64,000 bases of DNA from contig SVSD01000002.1 of the NCBI GenBank assembly GCA_015064485.1, positions 49,709 through 113,708 on the forward strand, read 5' to 3'. A model generated the notes under the pieces. It was given only the letters and a program-made list of their open reading frames with translations. It did no database searches and had not been told where the DNA came from. This document shows, in pieces, positions 54,950 to 61,735 of this stretch. Made by a program: the position numbers and the translations under genes. This DNA comes from Oscillospiraceae bacterium. GTDB lineage: Bacteria > Bacillota > Clostridia > Oscillospirales > CAG-382. Positions within the stretch are counted from its first letter, which is position 1. The number at the start of each line of letters is the position of its first letter.

Positions 54950-56047
54950 TTATATAAGCCAATCTGTTCCGAATCTTGCAGAAAGTGCGTCGCAAATAAC
55001 GATTGCAGACGCCGCATCCTGAACAACTCTTGCTCTGTGAACGATTGCGGGATCGTGTCTTCCTTTCGGTTCAAGCACCGTTTCGCACATATTTACGAAA
55101 TCTACCGTTTCCTGGGGTTTGAAAATGGTTGGTGTAGGCTTTATGGCGGTTCTAAATATGATTGGCATACCGTTTGTAATACCGCCGTTAATACCGCCGT
55201 TGTTGTTTTTCAAAGTTATAATTTTGCCGTCTTTTATTCTCATCGGGTCGTTTGCAAAACTTCCCTTCATATCGGCAATTTCAAAACCCGCACCAAACTC
55301 AACACCTTTAACCGCAGGGATTGAAAACATCATATGGGAAAGAAGACTTTCGATCGAGTCAAAAAACGGCTCGCCCACTCCTTGCGGCATACCGATAATC
55401 GCAGTTTCAAGAACTCCGCCGACGCTGTCGCCGTCTTCTGCCGCCTCAAGAATTGCCGATGTCATTTCCTCTTCGGTTTTATCATCAAGAACAGCAAAAG
55501 TCTTGCCGTTTAAAGCCTTGATGTCGCAAAAAATATCATCAAAATTTCTGTCGGAAATCCCGGCGCATTTTTTTATGTGTGTTCCGATATATATACCTTT
55601 TTTCTCAAGCGCAAGTTTGCATATTGCACCAGCTGCAGTAAGCGCCGCTGTAATTCTTCCGCTGAAATGTCCTCCGCCCCTTGAGTCCTGGAAGCCGTGA
55701 TATTTGCACTGTGCCGTAAAATCAGCGTGAGAAGGACGGGCAACTGTTCTCATCTGAGAATAATCGCCGCTTTTGACATTTTCGTTGGGGATAAGTATAG
55801 TGATAGGCGTACCTGTCGTCTTGCCGTTTAAAACACCGCTTACGATTTTAAATTCGTCTTTTTCTTTTCTCGGTGTGGAGATTTTACCGTCGGGACGGCG
55901 GAGAGTCAGCATATGCGAAATATATTCAAAATCAACATCAATCCCCGGCGCCATACCATCAAGCACCGCACCTATATATTCGCCGTGACTTTCTCCGAAT
56001 ATCGTAACAGATATACTGTTTCCAAATGTGTTTTTCATCAGTTTCAA
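54950..56047 (-). CDS. aroC: chorismate synthase
   Basis: 365 aa; FGESHG, RPSHADF, GRHDP motifs. Confidence 0.95.
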   Translation of the reverse strand: MKLMKNTFGNSISVTIFGESHGEYIGAVLDGMAPGIDVDFEYISHMLTLRRPDGKISTPRKEKDEFKIVSGVLNGKTTGTPITILIPNENVKSGDYSQMRTVARPSHADFTAQCKYHGFQDSRGGGHFSGRITAALTAAGAICKLALEKKGIYIGTHIKKCAGISDRNFDDIFCDIKALNGKTFAVLDDKTEEEMTSAILEAAEDGDSVGGVLETAIIGMPQGVGEPFFDSIESLLSHMMFSIPAVKGVEFGAGFEIADMKGSFANDPMRIKDGKIITLKNNNGGINGGITNGMPIIFRTAIKPTPTIFKPQETVDFVNMCETVLEPKGRHDPAIVHRARVVQDAASAIVICDALSARFGTDWLI

Positions 56048-57057
56048 CCTTTCAGACAGTTTTTTGCCATATCAATGACTTCCGAACAGCTCATCTTCTT
56101 AAGTTCATACTGTCCGATTTCGTGTACAAGAGTAACTGTTACATTTTCACCATCCGCTTTTTTATCGTGAAAAGCAGCCTTTTCTATCTTATCCCAATCA
56201 AACTCTATCATATTGTAAAGCGAGCATTTTTTAAGCACTTCAATTACTCTTCCCCTTATCTTTTCATCACACATCGGTATAATTCCAAGGGCAACACATT
56301 CTCCGTGGTAAAGGCCGTGCATATTTTCGCTGCTTTCAATACCGTGACCTATCGTATGCCCGAAATTGAGTATCTTCCGAAGGGAAGCTTCTTTTTCGTC
56401 CTTTTCAACAACGCTTTTTTTGATATTTAAAGAGCGGATTATTATTTCATCAATGTTTTCTTTGATATTCCCGTTTTCAAATATTTCAAACAGCTTTTCA
56501 TCGGAAGTAAGAGCCATCTTTACAGCTTCGGCAAGACCGTTTGCAATTTGCCTTTCGGGAAGAGTTTTCAAAAGTTCCGGATCTATCAAAACTCTTTTGG
56601 GCTGATAAAATGCGCCGACTATATTTTTCATTCCGCCGAAATTTATAGCAGTTTTCCCGCCGATGGACGAATCTATCTGCGAAAGAAGTGTTGTTGGGAT
56701 ATTGTAAAAATCGATCCCCCTCATATAAGCGGATGCGGCAAACCCCGAAAGGTCGCCGACCACACCTCCGCCCACTGCGACAACACAATCATTTCTTGAA
56801 AAACCTTTTCGGAGCATAGTATTCAAAAGATGTCCGAACACATCAAGACTTTTTGATTGTTCCCCCATCTCAACAGTACATATCGTAGGCTCTTTGCATT
56901 GTTTTGCAAGTGTTTTTACATACTCTATCGGCACTCCAGAATCGGTTACGATAAGCACTCGCCTTTGAAGATTGAGATTTTCTTTTGCACTTTCAAGAAT
57001 TCCTCTTTCAACGATTATATCGTAGGAATTCTCAGATAAGTTCATATTAATCGTCAT
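56044..57057 (-). CDS. aroB: 3-dehydroquinate synthase
   Basis: Start moved to MTINMNL (RBS AAAGGTGA); GGGVVGDLSGF, GHTIGHGIE motifs. Confidence 0.9.
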   Translation of the reverse strand: MTINMNLSENSYDIIVERGILESAKENLNLQRRVLIVTDSGVPIEYVKTLAKQCKEPTICTVEMGEQSKSLDVFGHLLNTMLRKGFSRNDCVVAVGGGVVGDLSGFAASAYMRGIDFYNIPTTLLSQIDSSIGGKTAINFGGMKNIVGAFYQPKRVLIDPELLKTLPERQIANGLAEAVKMALTSDEKLFEIFENGNIKENIDEIIIRSLNIKKSVVEKDEKEASLRKILNFGHTIGHGIESSENMHGLYHGECVALGIIPMCDEKIRGRVIEVLKKCSLYNMIEFDWDKIEKAAFHDKKADGENVTVTLVHEIGQYELKKMSCSEVIDMAKNCLKG

Positions 57058-57067
57058 TTTATCACCT

Positions 57068-58156
57068 TTATATTTCGGTGTGAGGAGCAAAAGTGCCTGC
57101 AACTTTAAGCTTATCACACACCTTGTTTAACTCATTTATCATAGCTTTGCCGTTTTCGGTTTCACTAGAACCGTCTGTTTCAACATAGAAATAATACTGC
57201 CATGAATGACGCTTTAGCGGTCTGCTTCTCAAAGCTGTCATATTATAGCCGTACTTTCCGATAATGCTTATTGCTTTTGCAAGAGAACCGGCTTCATTTT
57301 TTACCGCGAACATCAAAACCGAGTTTGAAAACGACTCTGTATTTATTTTAACCTTTGAAAGTACAGCAAAGCGTGTTGTATTTTCACTGCTTTTGTTGAT
57401 ATTTGCTTCAAGCACTTTAAGGCCGTAGATGTTTGCTGTTTCAACACTCGCAATCGCCCCCAAAGTCTTATCTCCAGACTGCTCTACCGCCTTTGCCGCA
57501 AGCGCTGTGTTTGTAGATTCTTCGGTTTCAAAACCGCGCAGTTTTATATATTCGTGGCATTGACCGAGCGCCTGCGGATGGCTTATAACCTTTTTGATAT
57601 CGTCAACACAAGAACCGGGAAGTCCGAGAAGATTTTGATGAATTTCAAGCTCGTATATTCCGTTTATAAAGAGTCCGCCCGCAAAGATAAGATCTATCGT
57701 CTGTCCCACTTCGCCTGCATAACTGTTTTCGATCGGAAGTACCGCAACATCACACTCGCCTCTTACAACAGAATCATACGCAGCTCTGAAATCTGTATAT
57801 GAGATTCTGTCACTTTCGGGGAATATCTTGCCCGCCGCAATATGTGCAAAAGCACCGGGAACTCCGCTGTATGCAACCTTAAGACCGTTTTGCATACGGT
57901 ATTGATACGCTCTTGACACAGACATAACATTTTTTAAAAAACCGATATAATAGTCTTTTAAAACCTCGTCTTTTATTAAGGCTGAGTTTTTTTCTATTAC
58001 CTCAGCTTCCCTTTTTTCGTCAAGAATAGGAAGACCAAACTCTTTTTTATGCTCGTATACAAGCTCTGCCGCTTTCATCCTTTTTTCAAACAACTGCGCC
58101 ATCTGCGTGTCTACTTCATTTATAATCTTTCTTGCTTCTTCAAGCTTATTAGACAT
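57068..58156 (-). CDS. pheA: bifunctional chorismate mutase / prephenate dehydratase
   Basis: 362 aa; N-terminal CM helices, central PDT domain (TRF, ESRP-like LRSRP), C-terminal ACT. Confidence 0.85.
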   Translation of the reverse strand: MSNKLEEARKIINEVDTQMAQLFEKRMKAAELVYEHKKEFGLPILDEKREAEVIEKNSALIKDEVLKDYYIGFLKNVMSVSRAYQYRMQNGLKVAYSGVPGAFAHIAAGKIFPESDRISYTDFRAAYDSVVRGECDVAVLPIENSYAGEVGQTIDLIFAGGLFINGIYELEIHQNLLGLPGSCVDDIKKVISHPQALGQCHEYIKLRGFETEESTNTALAAKAVEQSGDKTLGAIASVETANIYGLKVLEANINKSSENTTRFAVLSKVKINTESFSNSVLMFAVKNEAGSLAKAISIIGKYGYNMTALRSRPLKRHSWQYYFYVETDGSSETENGKAMINELNKVCDKLKVAGTFAPHTEI

Positions 58157-58194
58157 CTCAAAAATTCCTTTCCCGAAATACAGGCATCTGTTTT

Positions 58195-59223
58195 TTAAAG
58201 TTTTTCGGCAATATCAAGAATTAACTTTTCGGTCTTTTCCCAGCCAAGGCAAGGATCGGTTATGGATTTTCCGAAAATATGCTCTCCTGTCCCTTGCGCT
58301 CCGTCTTCAAGATAGCTTTCGATCATAAGTCCCTTAACAAGGTTCTTGATATCGGAGTTCTGATTGCGGCTGTGAACGATATCTTTTGAGATACGAACCT
58401 GTTCAAGGTACTTTTTACCCGAATTATTATGGTTTGTATCAACAATTACAGAAGGATTTACAAGATTTGACTTTTCATAAAGTTCTCTTACTTTCAAGAG
58501 GTCTTCGTAATGGTAGTTTGATGCGCTCTTTCCCGCATAATCAACATATCCTCTCAAAATTGCGTGTGCATAAGGATTTCCTTGGCTTGTTACTTCCCAT
58601 CCTCTGTAAATAAATGTATGGCTGGACTGAGCCGCAACGATGGAATTCATCATAACTGAAAGATCTCCGCCTGTCGGGTTCTTCATACCGACAGGAGCAT
58701 CAATTCCGCTCGCGGTAAGTCTGTGTTGCTGATTTTCAACCGAACGGGCACCGATTGCAACATACGAAAGAAGATCCGAAAGGTAACGGTAATTTTCCGG
58801 GTAAAGCATTTCATCGGCGCAGGAAAAATCATAGTCGCGCAATGCGGCAAGATGAAGCTGGCGGATAGCAACAACGCCCTTATACATATCAGGTTTTGCT
58901 TCCGGGTCGGGTTGGTGAAGCATCCCTTTATATCCCTGTCCTGTTGTTCTGGGTTTGTTTGTATAGATTCTCGGGATAATGATTATCTTGTCGGATACCT
59001 GTTCTTCTATCCTGCGAAGCCTTGAAATATATTCAAGCACAGGCTCGCTGTGGTCTGCGGAACAAGGGCCTATTACAAGAATGAATTTATCGGATTTTCC
59101 TTCAAATACTGCTTTTATGCTCTCATCTCTTTTGGCTTTTACCTGCTCCATACGCTCTGTAAGCGGAAATTCCGCCTTTACATCCTTGGGAATGGGGAGT
59201 TTTCTATGGAAATTCATTTGCAT
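58195..59223 (-). CDS. aroF: 3-deoxy-7-phosphoheptulonate (DAHP) synthase, class I
   Basis: 342 aa; VIGPCS, KPRT, GARS..Q.HR, DTNHNNS motifs. Confidence 0.9.
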   Translation of the reverse strand: MQMNFHRKLPIPKDVKAEFPLTERMEQVKAKRDESIKAVFEGKSDKFILVIGPCSADHSEPVLEYISRLRRIEEQVSDKIIIIPRIYTNKPRTTGQGYKGMLHQPDPEAKPDMYKGVVAIRQLHLAALRDYDFSCADEMLYPENYRYLSDLLSYVAIGARSVENQQHRLTASGIDAPVGMKNPTGGDLSVMMNSIVAAQSSHTFIYRGWEVTSQGNPYAHAILRGYVDYAGKSASNYHYEDLLKVRELYEKSNLVNPSVIVDTNHNNSGKKYLEQVRISKDIVHSRNQNSDIKNLVKGLMIESYLEDGAQGTGEHIFGKSITDPCLGWEKTEKLILDIAEKL

Positions 59224-59254
59224 TTTTCTATACCTCTTTTTTTAATGTTTTTAT

Positions 59255-59307
59255 ATAAAACACAAGTCCGCATTTCATTATAGCTTTAAGCACAACGACT
59301 GCGGACT
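59255..59307 (-). terminator. attenuator terminator in the aro operon leader
   Basis: RNA AGUCCGCA (59300-59307) ... UGCGGACU (59265-59272) followed by UGUGUUUUAUAU, 40 nt upstream of the aroF start. Confidence 0.55.
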
Positions 59308-59347
59308 GTCCGTATTGTCTTCATCCTGATATTTTATATACCGGATG

Positions 59348-59407
59348 TTATACAAAAGGGCAGTCTTTTTTAAAATAATAATAAAAATAATAAAACTTAT
59401 TTGTCAT
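59348..59407 (-). CDS. aromatic leader peptide MTNKFYYFYYYFKKDCPFV
   Basis: My own codon-by-codon translation; RBS GGAGGGG 9-10 nt upstream; eight consecutive Phe/Tyr codons; below the ORF-track cutoff. Confidence 0.6.
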   Translation of the reverse strand: MTNKFYYFYYYFKKDCPFV

Positions 59408-59509
59408 AATTACTGCCCCTCCTTTTTTGTAAAATATAATATGTGGTGTGCCGAATTATAATTAAATTTTCAGGCAGTAAAGTGTCTTTCAACGCTTTCC
59501 GCCGCAAAA

Positions 59510-59938
59510 TCAAAGTTTGCAGATATCTGCAAGTGTGATAAGCTTAAACCCTGCATTAACAAGTAATGATTCAGCCTCTTCATTATCTTCAACACGAAGT
59601 ACAACATATGCGTGTTTTTCAGTTCTTGCCATAAAAGCATAAAGATATTCAACATTGATGTTCGCTTTATCGAGTACATCAAGAGCTGATGTAAGCTTAC
59701 CCGGTTCATCATTGATCTTAACGCCTACAACATCAACGGTTTTGATAAGATAGTCATCTTTGAGAAGTGCTTCTGCCGCTTCTATATCATTTACGATAAG
59801 TCTGAGTATTCCGAAATCCTGTGTTTCGGCAATAGAAAGGGCTCTTAAATTTATACCGTTTTTAGAAAGAATATCGGTTACCGAAACAACGGAACCTTTC
59901 TGGTTGGGAAGAAAAACTGTCAACTGTTTGATTGCCAT
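59510..59938 (-). CDS. ACT domain-containing protein
   Basis: 142 aa, two ACT-like halves (LTVFLPNQKGSV..., VVGVKINDEPGKL...); commonly paired with PaaK-like ligases. Confidence 0.75.
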   Translation of the reverse strand: MAIKQLTVFLPNQKGSVVSVTDILSKNGINLRALSIAETQDFGILRLIVNDIEAAEALLKDDYLIKTVDVVGVKINDEPGKLTSALDVLDKANINVEYLYAFMARTEKHAYVVLRVEDNEEAESLLVNAGFKLITLADICKL

Positions 59939-59957
59939 AATCCTGCTCCTTTCAAAT

Positions 59958-61265
59958 TTATATCAACTTACGCTTATCAACAACACGCACAGCCTTGCCT
60001 TCGCTTCTTGCAATAGTTTTAGGAGCTACGAGATGAACTGTGGGGTTGATTCCGAGCATTATCTTCATAGCGTTTGCAAGAGCTTTTTCCATCGCAAGAA
60101 CTTCGCTTACTTTATCTGTGAAGCGCTCGTGTGTCATTTCAACTAAAACATCGAATGTATCATTATTATTCTTTCTGTCTACAACGATCTGATAGTTGGG
60201 CTCATAGCCTTCTTTGAGAAGAACGGTTTCTATCTGGCTGGGGAATACATTTACGCCTCTTATAATGAGCATATCGTCTGTTCTGCCCATAGGCTTTGCC
60301 ATCTTTATAAGAGTTCTTCCGCAAGAGCATTTTTTGCGGGAAAGAACGCAGATATCACGGGTACGGTATCTTAAAAGAGGGAAGGCTTCCTTGTCAAGAG
60401 ATGTGAATACAAGCTCGCCCTTCTCTCCTTCGGGAAGAACTTCTCCTGTATCGGGATCAATTATTTCCGCATAGAAATGGTCTTCGTTTATATGCATACC
60501 GGTCTGTTCCGAACATTCGAATGCCACACCGGGGCCTGTTGTTTCTGTAAGACCGTAGATATCGTATGCTTTGATACCTAATGTTGATTCAATACCTTTA
60601 CGCATTTCCTCGGTCCAGGGTTCTGCACCGAAAATACCTGCTTTGAGCGGAATATCTTCGGGTTTATAGCCTTGTTCCTTTAGAGATTCGCCGATATATG
60701 CAGCATACGAAGGAGTACAGCACAAAATAGTCGCTTTAAGGTCCATCATAAACTGTACCTGTCGCTCGGTGTTTCCGGAGGACATAGGGAGTGTTAAGCA
60801 TCCAACTTTGTGAGAACCGCCGTTTAAGCCAAAACCGCCTGTGAAAAGGCCGTATCCGTATGCCACCTGACATACATCCTTATTTGTGCCGCCTGCGGCA
60901 ACAACTGCTCTTGCACAGCAATCTTCCCAAAGGTCTACATCGTTTTGTGTATAGAAAGCTACAACTCTTCTTCCGGTTGTTCCTGAAGTTGAATGAATTC
61001 TCACACAATCTTCAAGCGGCTTTGCAAGAAGTCCGTAAGGATATGCATCACGAAGGTCTGCTTTGGTAAGGAAAGGAAGCTTATGAAGATCTTCAATTCC
61101 ATTTATATCTTCGGGTTTAACGCCCTTTTCATCCATAAGATTGCGGTAATAGGAAACATTCTCGTAAACATGTTTTACTTGTTTTACAAGCTTTTCCGAC
61201 TGAAGCTTTTTGATCTCTTCAACCGGCATCGTTTCAATTTCTTTCTGATAGTAATTTTCCATCAT
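59958..61265 (-). CDS. paaK: phenylacetate--CoA ligase family protein
   Basis: 435 aa; SSGTTG, YGLTE, and PaaK-type C-terminus GRTDDMLIIRGVNVFP. Confidence 0.85.
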   Translation of the reverse strand: MMENYYQKEIETMPVEEIKKLQSEKLVKQVKHVYENVSYYRNLMDEKGVKPEDINGIEDLHKLPFLTKADLRDAYPYGLLAKPLEDCVRIHSTSGTTGRRVVAFYTQNDVDLWEDCCARAVVAAGGTNKDVCQVAYGYGLFTGGFGLNGGSHKVGCLTLPMSSGNTERQVQFMMDLKATILCCTPSYAAYIGESLKEQGYKPEDIPLKAGIFGAEPWTEEMRKGIESTLGIKAYDIYGLTETTGPGVAFECSEQTGMHINEDHFYAEIIDPDTGEVLPEGEKGELVFTSLDKEAFPLLRYRTRDICVLSRKKCSCGRTLIKMAKPMGRTDDMLIIRGVNVFPSQIETVLLKEGYEPNYQIVVDRKNNNDTFDVLVEMTHERFTDKVSEVLAMEKALANAMKIMLGINPTVHLVAPKTIARSEGKAVRVVDKRKLI

Positions 61266-61338
61266 TTTTCATCCTTTCGTTGTTATAATGTGTTAAGAAT
61301 TTAAAAATGATTCTTGATTTATCAGCAGCGGCTTTTAT

Positions 61339-61618
61339 AAAAAAAGCCCTCTGCATTCCAAATTAAGAATACAGAGGACGAAAATATCATTTCCGTGGTA
61401 CCACCTCAGTTCGCCGTCATCTCACGATAACGACCTTTTCAGGTACTGACATACCTTAGTTCTGTCACGGGAACACCCGTTGCATCCTACTTGAAAAATT
61501 TCGTTCAGCGCACTGCTAACAGAAGGAATTCAAAATGGTAGTCCCTGTTGCCTTGCACCGACCGGCAACTCTCTTCTTCGGGCATTTCCAAATTTACTGA
61601 TTTCTGCTCATCGCATTT
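61339..61618 (-). promoter_or_regulatory. T-box riboswitch leader (probable Phe UUC specifier) with terminator
   Basis: Stem I GCGAUGAGCAGAAAUCAGUA, AGAGAG box, distal GGUGCAAGG, specifier loop GAA-UUC-C, T-box GAGGUGGUACCACGG, terminator CCUCUGUAUUC...GAAUGCAGAGG plus U7. Confidence 0.8.
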
Positions 61619-61662
61619 AAGTATTAAAGCAAATAAATAAAACCTTGCTTTATTTGATATTT

Positions 61663-61691
61663 ATTTTATCACTTTACTTTACAAAAGTCAA
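61663..61691 (-). promoter_or_regulatory. sigma-A promoter of the T-box leader
   Basis: Minus strand TTGACT (61686-61691), 17 nt, TAAAAT (61663-61668). Confidence 0.55.
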
Positions 61692-61694
61692 GAG

Positions 61695-61728
61695 GTTTTT
61701 TGATTTTTTTCAAAAAACCTCTTACCTA
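61695..61728 (-). terminator. terminator of the acyl-CoA synthetase gene
   Basis: AAGAGGTTTTTT ... AAAAAACCTCTT stem directly after the reconstructed stop at 61736. Confidence 0.65.
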
Positions 61729-61735
61729 TAACTTA

